56,203 nt of DNA, from positions 1 through 56,203 of IMG/VR virus record IMGVR_UViG_2778260992_000008, one strand, 5' to 3'. Below, piece by piece: positions 26,078 to 35,538 of the stretch; the first letter of the stretch is position 1, and every line of letters starts with the position of its first letter. The translations under genes were made by a program, and so were the position numbers. The stretch is from a virus. Lineage: Duplodnaviria > Heunggongvirae > Uroviricota > Caudoviricetes. The notes under the pieces were generated by a model, which searched no databases, had not been told where the DNA came from, and worked only from the letters and a program-made list of their open reading frames with translations.

Positions 26078-26345
26078 CAGCGCGTGGACGTGTCGCCGTT
26101 TCCGCCAGCCAGCCATAACCGGGTCAATCCTTCCCGCGAGCGACGGCGGAATAGTCAAAAACACGTAATGCCGGATCATCCATCCCATTAACAGGTCGGC
26201 GCTACCTGGGCAGAAGAAAGTGCCATTCACCAATTTTATAAAATTCTGGAAACGGTACTGATGAAGCGCCGTTTTCAGTGTTTTATGTCATTCCTGCCGC
26301 TGTATAAACAGGAAGTAAAAGTAAACCAGACAGGAGATTATTCTG

Positions 26346-26888
26346 ATGGCTAAGGGTAAAGGCTTGAAATTGCCTCATTTCAAAGTACCGCTCTTTGAGC
26401 ATACAACAGTCTTCTTTTGCCCGACCCGCGAAATCTTCTATGAATTTTGCGAGCGTGCACATATTCCAATCGAACCTGATTTCGAACTGGCTGGCGGCCT
26501 GACTTTAACCTGTACAGGTGAGAACGGCGGCAATTTCTATGTTGTAGCTGTATTCGATCATGAGATGGGTACGCTAGTTCATGAATGCGCCCATAGTACA
26601 TTCCATGTATTAAGTGACGTGGGCGTACTGGCGACCACTGACGCAACTCATCCGGCGAATGAAACCTACGCCTACATGATTGGGCGCATGTTTGACACTT
26701 TCTTCCCGATCCTGGCTGAATCAAACGAAGCGGAAGTGGCAGCACAACAGGCGGCGGAAGTGGTAGAGCAAGCGTTAGAACAGGCAGAACAGCCGAAGGA
26801 AGAAGAAAAACCCGCGAAGAAAGGGAAACGTAAGCCGAAGGCAAAAGAAGCGCTTGTACCGCGCGTAATGAGCTTTAGACGGGGGTGA
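26346..26888 (+). CDS. hypothetical protein with HExxH motif and Lys/Glu-rich tail
   Basis: RBS CAGGAG; LVHECAHSTFH; C-terminus EEKPAKKGKRKPKAKE. Confidence 0.45.
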   Translation: MAKGKGLKLPHFKVPLFEHTTVFFCPTREIFYEFCERAHIPIEPDFELAGGLTLTCTGENGGNFYVVAVFDHEMGTLVHECAHSTFHVLSDVGVLATTDATHPANETYAYMIGRMFDTFFPILAESNEAEVAAQQAAEVVEQALEQAEQPKEEEKPAKKGKRKPKAKEALVPRVMSFRRG

Positions 26889-26890
26889 TC

Positions 26891-26962
26891 ATGGGCGACT
26901 TTCTGTTACTAATAGTTTTGTTATTTACTGGCCTTGCATTGCTCGATGTTATAACGAGGTAA
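26891..26962 (+). CDS. mini-ORF 1 of 7, single-helix hydrophobic peptide (23 aa)
   Basis: MGDFLLLIVLLFTGLALLDVITR; RBS GGGGGTGA. Confidence 0.35.
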   Translation: MGDFLLLIVLLFTGLALLDVITR

Positions 26963-26965
26963 CAT

Positions 26966-27061
26966 ATGGATGAGTGCATCATTGCCGGATTAATCGGAAT
27001 ATCTGTATTTCTGGTGGGCTTTGTTATTGCCGTGCTGATAACAGTAAAGAGTAAATTATGA
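26966..27061 (+). CDS. mini-ORF 2 of 7, hydrophobic peptide (31 aa)
   Basis: MDECIIAGLIGISVFLVGFVIAVLITVKSKL; RBS GAGGTAA. Confidence 0.35.
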   Translation: MDECIIAGLIGISVFLVGFVIAVLITVKSKL

Positions 27062-27132
27062 ACGCTTACGATCTCATCTGGTTGTTGGTGCTCATCGTAG
27101 GTATTGGCGTGAATATCTATAGATTATGGTGA
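27058..27132 (+). CDS. mini-ORF 3 of 7, hydrophobic peptide (24 aa)
   Basis: MNAYDLIWLLVLIVGIGVNIYRLW; ATGA overlap with mini-ORF 2. Confidence 0.35.
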   Translation: MNAYDLIWLLVLIVGIGVNIYRLW

Positions 27133-27136
27133 CGCA

Positions 27137-27211
27137 ATGGAGTTTTACGAAATTATAGCATGTGTAGCCTTTGCCTTTGTCCTGTATTTCTGGTGGAAGA
27201 ATGTTGTATAG
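27137..27211 (+). CDS. mini-ORF 4 of 7, hydrophobic peptide (24 aa)
   Basis: MEFYEIIACVAFAFVLYFWWKNVV; RBS GGTGA. Confidence 0.35.
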   Translation: MEFYEIIACVAFAFVLYFWWKNVV

Positions 27212-27219
27212 GTGAAAGC

Positions 27220-27300
27220 ATGAACGCATACGAAATGCTATTGCTGGTGGCTGTTATTGCAGTTATTGCCGTTGATTTTTATCGAGGGTTAAAAAGATGA
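27220..27300 (+). CDS. mini-ORF 5 of 7, hydrophobic peptide (26 aa)
   Basis: MNAYEMLLLVAVIAVIAVDFYRGLKR; RBS AGGTGA; paralog of mini-ORF 3. Confidence 0.35.
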   Translation: MNAYEMLLLVAVIAVIAVDFYRGLKR

Positions 27301-27365
27301 GAGAGTCAGATTTTATCTATATGGTTTTAGCTATTGTCTTTATCGCCCTGGCTTTCGCAATTTAG
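27297..27365 (+). CDS. mini-ORF 6 of 7, hydrophobic peptide (22 aa)
   Basis: MRESDFIYMVLAIVFIALAFAI; ATGA overlap with mini-ORF 5. Confidence 0.3.
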   Translation: MRESDFIYMVLAIVFIALAFAI

Positions 27366-27377
27366 CAGGAATAAGCA

Positions 27378-27461
27378 ATGAAAGAGCTATTCGACTGGTT
27401 GGAAGTATTAACATACTGCGCAAGTTTTGTAGCTTGCGTATATATCATCAATAGATATTGA
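27378..27461 (+). CDS. mini-ORF 7 of 7, hydrophobic peptide (27 aa)
   Basis: MKELFDWLEVLTYCASFVACVYIINRY; RBS AGGA. Confidence 0.35.
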   Translation: MKELFDWLEVLTYCASFVACVYIINRY

Positions 27462-27472
27462 GAGGTGACATT

Positions 27473-27958
27473 ATGGCCCGCACTAAAAAGGCAAAGGCTG
27501 ACGATAAAAAGCCAGCCGCTAAAAAGGTGGGCCGTCCGCATGGATATACCGAAGAGAAAGCATTAGAGATCTGCGAACTGGTAGCGGATGGTCAGAGTAT
27601 TAACAAAATATCGAAAATGCCTGGGATGCCGAACCGTTCAACGATTCTCAAATGGTTTCGGGACGTGCCGGAGTTTTCCACCATGTACGCGCGAGCAAAG
27701 GAAATAGGCTTTGAAGTATTGGCAGATGAAATCATCGATCTGGCTGATGCCGAAGTAAACACGGATAAAGACCAGTTGCGCCGCCATCAACTGATGATTG
27801 ATACCCGTAAATGGCTACTGGCAAAACTGCAACCGCGCAAATATGGTGAGCGCGTCACACAGGAGATCGTTGGTAACAAGGAGGAAGCGCCCGTCCAGAT
27901 TGAAGTCACGAAAGAAGAGATCGCCCGCATCGTCCAGGAAGTAGAAGATGAGGTGTGA
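27473..27958 (+). CDS. terminase small subunit
   Basis: RBS GAGAGGTGA; basic N-terminus with HTH (GQSINKISKMPGMPNRSTILKWF); directly upstream of large terminase. Confidence 0.6.
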   Translation: MARTKKAKADDKKPAAKKVGRPHGYTEEKALEICELVADGQSINKISKMPGMPNRSTILKWFRDVPEFSTMYARAKEIGFEVLADEIIDLADAEVNTDKDQLRRHQLMIDTRKWLLAKLQPRKYGERVTQEIVGNKEEAPVQIEVTKEEIARIVQEVEDEV

Positions 27959-27960
27959 TT

Positions 27961-29433
27961 ATGTTGACCATCAAAGAAAAGGTTATTCAGTCAAAATGCG
28001 AAAAAGATGGCCTGTTCTTCAACCGTTATTTCTACAAGCAGGCAAACGGTACGAAGATGTTAATATCAGGCCATCAAGTAGCCATCCATGATGCGCTACA
28101 ACGTGTTATTAATGGTGAAATTACCCGCCTCATCATTAACATCCCCCCAGGGTATGGTAAAACCGCGATCGCAACAATCAATATGATGGCGCGGTCCCTC
28201 GCAATAAGTCCCCGCACACGATTTCTTCACGTTTCCTATTCCGACAACCTTGCGTTACTCAATTCCTCGACAGTCAGAAACATGATTTGCTCGCAGGAGT
28301 ACCAGAAATTATGGCCCATGAAGATCCGTAATGACGCCAATTCTAAATCAATGTGGTGGACAGAACATGGCGGCGGGGTATATGCCGCATCATCACACGG
28401 TCAGATTACGGGTTTTCGTGCTGGTTACATGGAGCCAGGCTTTAACGGCGCGATGATTATCGACGACCCATTAAAGCCCGCTGACGCTTACTCTGATGTG
28501 ATGCGGGATAAAGTTAACACCAACTACAACGATACGCTTGCTTCACGTCTGGCTGTGCAAACAACGCCAGTCATCGTCATTATGCAGCGCATCCACTACG
28601 ATGATTTGTCCGGCTACCTGTTACGTGGCGGTAGTGGTGAGAAATGGCATCACCTTTGCCTGCCAGTGAAGATCGACAACAGTCTTGACTATTGGGATCT
28701 GTACCCGGAAAACGAATTCGCTATTCCTGTTCCTCACAACCTGCCGGACGGCTGGCTATGGTTGCATAAGCATAGTGATAAAGATGAATCAACTCTTAAA
28801 TCACATCGCCGAACATTCGAAGCTCAATATATGCAGCGTCCGCGCAAGTTCGATCAAGAGGGCGCATTGTGGTCGGAAGCAATGATAACCGCCGCGCACA
28901 GAATGCAGATAACGCAGGACAGGATCCGCACGGTGATAGCAATCGACCCGGCAACAACATCATCGGAAGCGTCGGACGAAACCGGGATCGTGGCGTGTTC
29001 CGCTTATGGTGGCGGCAAGTGCGCTCAGTATTCTGTAGACGGTGACTACTCAGGCCGCATGTCTCCTAACGAATGGGCGCAAGCCTCAATGAACGCTTAC
29101 AACATCCATGAAGCTGACGCGATAGTTATCGAAACCAACCAGGGCGGCGAAATGGCAGAGGCCACGCTACGTAACGCCGGATTCAAAGGCCGCATTGTTA
29201 AGGTGCACGCAAGCAAGGGTAAATTCGCCCGCGCCGAGCCAATATCAGCACTGTATGCACAAGGAAGGGTGGCCCACACAGGCAGCCTGTACATGCTGGA
29301 AAATCAAATGATGGAATACGTGCCAGCTACCGCCAAAAAATCCCCGGACCGACTCGACGCTATGGTGTGGGGCATCACTGAATTGAGTCAGCCTCAAGCT
29401 ATGGGCCTTATGTTACCGAAGCGCCTACGCTGA
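27961..29433 (+). CDS. terminase large subunit
   Basis: Walker A-like PPGYGKT, ATPase core and C-terminal nuclease-like region (IVIETNQGGEM); start ATG 27961 after GAGGTG. Confidence 0.85.
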   Translation: MLTIKEKVIQSKCEKDGLFFNRYFYKQANGTKMLISGHQVAIHDALQRVINGEITRLIINIPPGYGKTAIATINMMARSLAISPRTRFLHVSYSDNLALLNSSTVRNMICSQEYQKLWPMKIRNDANSKSMWWTEHGGGVYAASSHGQITGFRAGYMEPGFNGAMIIDDPLKPADAYSDVMRDKVNTNYNDTLASRLAVQTTPVIVIMQRIHYDDLSGYLLRGGSGEKWHHLCLPVKIDNSLDYWDLYPENEFAIPVPHNLPDGWLWLHKHSDKDESTLKSHRRTFEAQYMQRPRKFDQEGALWSEAMITAAHRMQITQDRIRTVIAIDPATTSSEASDETGIVACSAYGGGKCAQYSVDGDYSGRMSPNEWAQASMNAYNIHEADAIVIETNQGGEMAEATLRNAGFKGRIVKVHASKGKFARAEPISALYAQGRVAHTGSLYMLENQMMEYVPATAKKSPDRLDAMVWGITELSQPQAMGLMLPKRLR

Positions 29434-29517
29434 TTTTGAAATCTGCCTCACAATCCCTCACGAATTTTTCTATTTTTCGCGTAGCGACGCGTAAACGTGT
29501 ATTCAGGAGTAAACATT

Positions 29518-30891
29518 ATGCCTTCAAACCTTGAACTGGCGGTCAATGCTGCATTATCACAACGTCATGCGGCAATGGTCCGCTATGCTGCCGCTAACCC
29601 ATTCTCAATGGGTATTGATGCGAAACGTAACGCAGCATGGAGTGAATACGGATTCAAAGAAGAAATCACCTACACCGATTTATATAAGCTGTATCGTCGC
29701 GGTGGTATCGCTCACGGGGCCATCGAAAAGATAATTACCACTTGCTGGCGCACATCCCCGGTTATCATCGAGGGGACGGAAGATGAACGCGCCGAAAAGG
29801 AAACGCCCTGGGAAAAGGCGATTAAAAAGCAATTTGATAATCGTTTTTGGCGCACTATCTCAGAATGCGACCGTCGCCGCCTCATCGGTCGTTATGCCGG
29901 ACTATTAATCCACGTCAAAGATAACCAACCGTGGGATAAGCCCGTAACTAAGGGAACAGCGATCGAGAAGTTTACGCCTGTGTGGGCTGGCGCACTGACG
30001 CCGAAAGACTTCGAAGAGGATCCAGATAAACCGAACTATGGTCTGCCGACCTGGTGGGAGTACAAAGAACGCATCAACGGGAAGACCGTAGACCGGAAGA
30101 TCCACGCGGACCGGGTTTTCATCTTCGGTGACTATTCTGAAGACGCCATAGCCTTTCTTGAGCCGTCCTATAACGCCTTCGTTTCACTGGAGAAGGTGGA
30201 AGGGGGTAGCGGTGAGTCATTCCTTAAAAACGCAGCGCGTCAACTGGCTATCTCATTCGATAAGGAAATTGATTTTCGGTCCCTGGCTGCGACCTACGAT
30301 TGCGACGTTACGGAACTGCGCGAGAAGTTCAACGAGGCCACCGCTGAAATTAACAAGGGCAATGACGTGATGATGGCGTTACAAGGCGCTACCGTAAGCC
30401 CATTGGTCACAGCAGTAGCCGATCCCTCGGCAACCTATGACGTCAACCTGCAAACCGCCGCCGCTGGTATTGATATTCCTACTCGCATCCTCGTTGGGAA
30501 CCAGCAAGGTGAGCGCGCATCAACCGAAGATCTCCGCTACTTCAATAATCGCTGTATGACTCGACGCGAGGAAATCGGCGGTGAACTGGAAGACCTTTTC
30601 CGCAAACTGGCAGATCTTCGTCTGATTGCAATGCCTGCCGATATATCAGTGATATGGGACGACCTTAACGCCATGACTAAGGCCGAAATGCTGGAAGCGG
30701 CCCATAAGATGGCGCAAATCAATCAGGCGTGTTTAGCCACCGGGGAGCAAATATTCGACGGTGAAGAAATCCGCGAAGCTGCCGGATATGAAGGCCCGAC
30801 GCAGGAAGTGGAGCTGGAAGAAGAGGAAGACGAGGATGAAGATAAAGAAAATAATCAAAAAGATACCGCCGTCCGCAATAATGCCAAATAA
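29518..30891 (+). CDS. portal protein
   Basis: ~460-aa protein directly after terminase with acidic C-terminus; start ATG 29518 after AGGAG. Confidence 0.6.
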   Translation: MPSNLELAVNAALSQRHAAMVRYAAANPFSMGIDAKRNAAWSEYGFKEEITYTDLYKLYRRGGIAHGAIEKIITTCWRTSPVIIEGTEDERAEKETPWEKAIKKQFDNRFWRTISECDRRRLIGRYAGLLIHVKDNQPWDKPVTKGTAIEKFTPVWAGALTPKDFEEDPDKPNYGLPTWWEYKERINGKTVDRKIHADRVFIFGDYSEDAIAFLEPSYNAFVSLEKVEGGSGESFLKNAARQLAISFDKEIDFRSLAATYDCDVTELREKFNEATAEINKGNDVMMALQGATVSPLVTAVADPSATYDVNLQTAAAGIDIPTRILVGNQQGERASTEDLRYFNNRCMTRREEIGGELEDLFRKLADLRLIAMPADISVIWDDLNAMTKAEMLEAAHKMAQINQACLATGEQIFDGEEIREAAGYEGPTQEVELEEEEDEDEDKENNQKDTAVRNNAK

Positions 30892-31777
30892 CACCGAAGA
30901 CCCGACCATGACAGGTAAGTTACGGTCGGGGGCTGATAAGCGGTTTAAAGCGTGCTTAAAGAAAGTGGCGCAACCTTATATCGACATCCTGGACAAGATA
31001 CCCGCGCAAAAGTCACTGAATAAGAAATACACCTTTCAGATATACATGGATGAACTGCAAACATTGCTTGATGATGCTGGTCGAATGATTGATGAGATAT
31101 TCGAGCTATCTGATCCTGATTCATTCTGGTTTTGGCAAAACTATGTGAAGGCCGCTTATCAGCGCGGGACATCTCAAGAACACGCTAACCTGGCTAACCA
31201 GTCGGTCACATATGCCAGGGCTTATCCTGAAGTAGCGGACGTGTTAGCCAGTACACCTTATCGCACCAGGCTTGCACTGGTCCGCACCCGTGTCTTTGAA
31301 GAAATGCGCGGCCTCACTGCGCAGATCAAAAAGGATATGGCCCGCCGATTAACCGAAGGAATGGCCCGTGGTTTAAATCCGCTTGAAATAGCCCGCACGC
31401 TGGAGCAGGAAACAAAATTGCCGCTATACAGGTGCAAACGTATTGCCCGAACGGAAATATGCACAGCGTTGCGCACGGCGCGTATGGATGAGGCCGAAGC
31501 GGCGATAGAAGAATTCAATCTGCGCACTAAGCAATTGCATATTTCGGCATTATCACCAACAACCAGGCTATCACACGCGCGGCGGCACGGGAACACCTAC
31601 ACCATAGACGAGCAAAGGAAGTGGTGGAGTGAATCGCCCAACTCGATTAACTGCAAATGCACCACGATTACCGTATTGGTGGATGAAAACGGTAAGATAT
31701 TAAACAAACGAATCGAACAACGGGCGCAAGAAAATTACAAGGTGGCGCACGCTAAATATGGTAATGATTGGGAGTAA
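30881..31777 (+). CDS. head morphogenesis protein, Mu F / SPP1 gp7-like
   Basis: KRIARTEICTALRTARMDEA motif; ATG 30881 overlaps portal stop. Confidence 0.6.
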   Translation: MPNNTEDPTMTGKLRSGADKRFKACLKKVAQPYIDILDKIPAQKSLNKKYTFQIYMDELQTLLDDAGRMIDEIFELSDPDSFWFWQNYVKAAYQRGTSQEHANLANQSVTYARAYPEVADVLASTPYRTRLALVRTRVFEEMRGLTAQIKKDMARRLTEGMARGLNPLEIARTLEQETKLPLYRCKRIARTEICTALRTARMDEAEAAIEEFNLRTKQLHISALSPTTRLSHARRHGNTYTIDEQRKWWSESPNSINCKCTTITVLVDENGKILNKRIEQRAQENYKVAHAKYGNDWE

Positions 31778-33051
31778 AGACCGTGAATAAAGAATTAATT
31801 CAGGTTAATACCAAATTAACCGCTAATACCATCCGCCGGGAAACATACAACGGGCGGGAACATATTGTCGTCCCGTCCTACACATTACCCTTTAACATCG
31901 TTATGAATCGGGAATATTACCCGGAAGCTGAAATTATCGCTAATTACCAGTCACTGGAGGGCACACTCGCCCCGCTTGGTCATCCTACCGTAGACGGTAA
32001 ATTTGTTTCCGCATTTAGCCCGGAGGGATTAAACACGGGTTTTTGTGGAGCATGGAATAGAAACGTGGAATTACGCGGCAATCGTGTTTATGTGGAAAAA
32101 TGGGTGGACGTGGAAACCGCCAGCCATTCAGAGCAGGGCCGGGAATTATTAACCCGACTGGAAGCGCTGGAGAAAGGCGAAAGCAAGGATCCGATCTGGT
32201 CTTCCGTCGCTGTATATCGTCAACGTATGCCAGCTACTGAAGAGATGAAAGCCCAGGGTGCGGATCACGTAGTGAAAATTATGTCAATTGACCATGACGC
32301 TATTTTACTGCATGAACCGCCCGCCGCATCACCAGAGCAGGGCGTTGGCCTGATGGTTAACACCGACCAGGCGAAACCGTTAATGACGGTGGCGATGAAA
32401 GAAAATAGCTATCGCACCCTTGAAAAACAATTAACCGACGCGGCGCGGGAATTGTTCCCTGATGCCGATTATGTGTATGTGGTGGACTTCACTGATAAAG
32501 AAGTGACGATCGCTACTAATACTGAAAGTGCTCAAGTTTGCGCATATGAAAAACAGGCTGATAAAATTATTCTCAATAATGGCGAACTGCAAACTAACGA
32601 GGATTCCAAATCCTGGTTCGCTCAATTCGCTGAACATCTATCTGATTTATTCATCCTGAAAGAAAAAATCCAGGCCAATAAGAAAGAGGAAACCGACATG
32701 CCTTTGACCAAAGAAGAACGCGCCGATCTGGTAAAAGAAATTAACGAAGGTTTAGCCGCTAATATCGCTAATGCAGTAGCTGAAGCATTAAAACCAGTAC
32801 AGGCAAGCGTAGAAGAATTGCAGACCAACCAGAAAGCAATTAAAGAAGAAATTGCAGCAAACGCAGATAAAGAAGTCGAAGCAAAACGCGCCGCAGTAGC
32901 AAAAGTCCACGGCGAAATTGTTGCTAATGATTTGGGTCGTGAAGCATTAGAAGAAATGTTTAAAAACCTGGGCAAAGCCGCGCCGCTGGCAACCAATGCC
33001 GCCGAAGAAGGCAAAAAAGGCGAAGTGCCAGACTTTAACACTTATTTCTAA
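31768..33051 (+). CDS. capsid scaffolding protein (possibly with N-terminal protease-like domain)
   Basis: 427 aa; C-terminal half Ala/Glu/Lys-rich; positioned between MuF-like and capsid genes. Confidence 0.45.
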   Translation: MGVKTVNKELIQVNTKLTANTIRRETYNGREHIVVPSYTLPFNIVMNREYYPEAEIIANYQSLEGTLAPLGHPTVDGKFVSAFSPEGLNTGFCGAWNRNVELRGNRVYVEKWVDVETASHSEQGRELLTRLEALEKGESKDPIWSSVAVYRQRMPATEEMKAQGADHVVKIMSIDHDAILLHEPPAASPEQGVGLMVNTDQAKPLMTVAMKENSYRTLEKQLTDAARELFPDADYVYVVDFTDKEVTIATNTESAQVCAYEKQADKIILNNGELQTNEDSKSWFAQFAEHLSDLFILKEKIQANKKEETDMPLTKEERADLVKEINEGLAANIANAVAEALKPVQASVEELQTNQKAIKEEIAANADKEVEAKRAAVAKVHGEIVANDLGREALEEMFKNLGKAAPLATNAAEEGKKGEVPDFNTYF

Positions 33052-33067
33052 TTAAGAGGGGATCACA

Positions 33068-33439
33068 ATGTTTCGTTTTCGTCGTGTAAATATTGACGGT
33101 AAATCTATTACCGAAACCTACGCAGCAGGCGAGGAAGTTTTGCCGGGTAAACTGGTTTCCCTGGTTGATGGCGTGTTTATGAACGCTACCGACGCAACAG
33201 GTCGCCTGTATATCGTTAACCCTGCATATCATGAAGGTAAGGGTATTGGCGATGCTATCGCAGCAGGTGAAACCGTTGTAGCTGACTACGTGGAAGAAGG
33301 GCGTGAATTCGCCATGCGTCTTGATGCTGGTAAATACGTGAAAGACCAGGCTATCAAGCTGGGCGATGTAACCGTCGCATTCTGCCAGGAAAACGTCACC
33401 TTAGAAGACGTTGATTTTGTCCGCGTCCGCGTCGCTTAA
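33068..33439 (+). CDS. head structural/decoration-like protein
   Basis: 123-aa ORF with RBS AGAGGGG immediately upstream of major capsid gene. Confidence 0.35.
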   Translation: MFRFRRVNIDGKSITETYAAGEEVLPGKLVSLVDGVFMNATDATGRLYIVNPAYHEGKGIGDAIAAGETVVADYVEEGREFAMRLDAGKYVKDQAIKLGDVTVAFCQENVTLEDVDFVRVRVA

Positions 33440-33457
33440 TTTTAGAAGGGGAAAAAC

Positions 33458-34507
33458 ATGTACTTTACCAAAGAAAATTTAGCCGCTAATAGCCGCCTTC
33501 AGGCACATTGGGCTGAACTGTGGGCGCAACGTAACATTTACAACAACCAGCACAACGCCATGATTGCAGCCAATAAGGCAAACATGACCACTGAAATGCT
33601 GGCATGTAACGCCGTTGGCGGCTTCGAGAAGGAATTCTGGAAAGAAATTGATAACCAGATCATCGAACTGAACACCGAAGAGATCGGTATCGAGATCGTA
33701 AACGACTTGATGGCTGTACAAACCGTGCTACCTATCGGTAAAACTCTGAAAATGTATAGCGTCGCTGGCGATATCAACGATGAAGTGGTCATGTCTATGG
33801 ACGGTCAAGTTCCGCATGGCTTCGACCACACTGAATACGGTAGCGATGGCGACCCGATCCCGATGTTCGCAGCGGGTTACGGTGTTAACTGGCGTCACGC
33901 CGCTGGCCTGAATACCGTAGGTATCGACCTTGCACTGGACAGCCAGCGCCTGAAACTGAAAAAATTCAACAAAGCACGCGTAGATTTCTACCTGAACGGG
34001 AATGAACGCATGGTTGTTGACGGTCATAAAGCAATGGGTCTGAAAAACCACAAAAACACCCAACAACTAACCCTGACCATTGACCTGACTACCGCAGGCT
34101 TTGAAGAAATTATCGATTTCTTCACCGTTGGCGAGTTCGGCGTACTGGCACGCAATAACTTTGTTGCTAAGTATGATCGTCTGTGGGTATCCCCTGAAAT
34201 TATGGCTAACCTGGCCCGTCCGCACATCGTTAACGGCGCGATCGTTGGTAGTGTCCTGGATATCATCAAACCGTTTGCTCCGGTTGGTGAAATTACCCAA
34301 ACCTTCGCCCTGAAAGGCAACGAAATCCTGGGTTATCAACGTCGCAAAGATGTAGTCACCCCACTGATTGGTATGACTACTGGTGTTGTGCCGCTGCCGC
34401 GCATGATGCCGACCGACAACTACAACTTCCGCATTATGTCGGCTGAAGGTTTACAAATCACTTCCGACATGCTGGGCCGTTCCGGTGTCGTTTACGGTCA
34501 CGATTAA
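33458..34507 (+). CDS. major capsid protein
   Basis: 349 aa; RBS AGAAGGGGAAAAAC-ATG; followed by a strong terminator. Confidence 0.6.
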   Translation: MYFTKENLAANSRLQAHWAELWAQRNIYNNQHNAMIAANKANMTTEMLACNAVGGFEKEFWKEIDNQIIELNTEEIGIEIVNDLMAVQTVLPIGKTLKMYSVAGDINDEVVMSMDGQVPHGFDHTEYGSDGDPIPMFAAGYGVNWRHAAGLNTVGIDLALDSQRLKLKKFNKARVDFYLNGNERMVVDGHKAMGLKNHKNTQQLTLTIDLTTAGFEEIIDFFTVGEFGVLARNNFVAKYDRLWVSPEIMANLARPHIVNGAIVGSVLDIIKPFAPVGEITQTFALKGNEILGYQRRKDVVTPLIGMTTGVVPLPRMMPTDNYNFRIMSAEGLQITSDMLGRSGVVYGHD

Positions 34508-34527
34508 TCTAAATGTTTCCTGTAACT

Positions 34528-34555
34528 CCCCGGCGCGATGCCGGGGATTTTTTTT
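34528..34555 (+). terminator. rho-independent terminator after major capsid gene
   Basis: CCCCGGC-GCGAT-GCCGGGG hairpin followed by T8. Confidence 0.7.
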
Positions 34556-34573
34556 GTATGTGGAGCAAGCAAA

Positions 34574-34960
34574 ATGGTTACTACTGAACAGGCGCGGGAC
34601 TATCTCGACAGCCAGGGGATAGAGTTACCCGACATCATTCTGGATTTGATGGTGGAGCAAGCAAATAGCGTTAATGAATGTCTTGATGCTAACTATCCGG
34701 CCTCCACTGCAACGCTAATACAACTTTATCTGATCGGCCTGTTAGGACTCACGCAGGCGAATAAATATATTTCCTCACAGACAGGTCCGAACGGTGCAAA
34801 CCAGTCCTACCGCTATGTCGATTTCAACAAGAAACTGAAAGCGGCGCGGACGTTGCTTTATTCCGTTGATAAGCACCATTGCACGGCTGAACTGATTCCG
34901 GCAGATCCTGAAGCCACCGCGCACGCCGGGATCTGGATTGGTAAAAGCGGGAGGTTGTAA
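34574..34960 (+). CDS. head-tail connector/adaptor protein
   Basis: Position after capsid gene; ATG 34574 with RBS TGGAG. Confidence 0.4.
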   Translation: MVTTEQARDYLDSQGIELPDIILDLMVEQANSVNECLDANYPASTATLIQLYLIGLLGLTQANKYISSQTGPNGANQSYRYVDFNKKLKAARTLLYSVDKHHCTAELIPADPEATAHAGIWIGKSGRL

Positions 34961-34962
34961 CC

Positions 34963-35148
34963 ATGTGGAACGACCTAACGTTACCGGATCCGGTATTACC
35001 GAAGCCATTTACCCGTGTGTGGGTGAAGACTGACACCGGGCGACAGGTTGCCGCCTATCTCAATGATACTGGTCAATGGGTAATTCTTTGCCCGCGCGTG
35101 GCGAAAACCCATCCAAAAATCATCAAGTGGAGTTACGGTTATGAGTAA
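34963..35148 (+). CDS. hypothetical small protein
   Basis: 61-aa ORF in head-tail joining block. Confidence 0.35.
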   Translation: MWNDLTLPDPVLPKPFTRVWVKTDTGRQVAAYLNDTGQWVILCPRVAKTHPKIIKWSYGYE

Positions 35149-35527
35149 GATTGCCCGATTCAGTTACAAGGCATTAGCCACTATTTACCCCGTAACGTAT
35201 GACGACTGGAACAATTCGAAGGTATACGGGCAACCTTACCTGATTGATTGCGCCTGGACGGCGACGGAAGGTAAAGACGAAGACGAGCGCGGGAGTGAAA
35301 CCGATGTTAGTTACGTCATATTTACCGAACTGCTTTACAACCTGCAACCAGTGGAGCGCCCCCGGAAAGGGTGGATGATTGCCCCAGGTGATACCACGGC
35401 TTTTTCTGATCCGCTTGAGGCTGGCGCGAATGAGATCTCCGGTGTGGTTGAATGGGACATGAGCATGTTTAACGACACGCCGGATTATAAAATCATTACA
35501 GGTAATAGCGTGCAAAGTAAATATTAA
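35141..35527 (+). CDS. head-tail joining / head closure protein
   Basis: 128-aa ORF by position; overlapping starts. Confidence 0.35.
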   Translation: MSKIARFSYKALATIYPVTYDDWNNSKVYGQPYLIDCAWTATEGKDEDERGSETDVSYVIFTELLYNLQPVERPRKGWMIAPGDTTAFSDPLEAGANEISGVVEWDMSMFNDTPDYKIITGNSVQSKY

Positions 35528-35538
35528 AGGGGTTTTCT

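Noticed and set aside
33479-34320. Several minus-strand ORFs inside the major capsid gene
   Set aside because: Overlap a well-supported structural gene on the opposite strand; no independent support.
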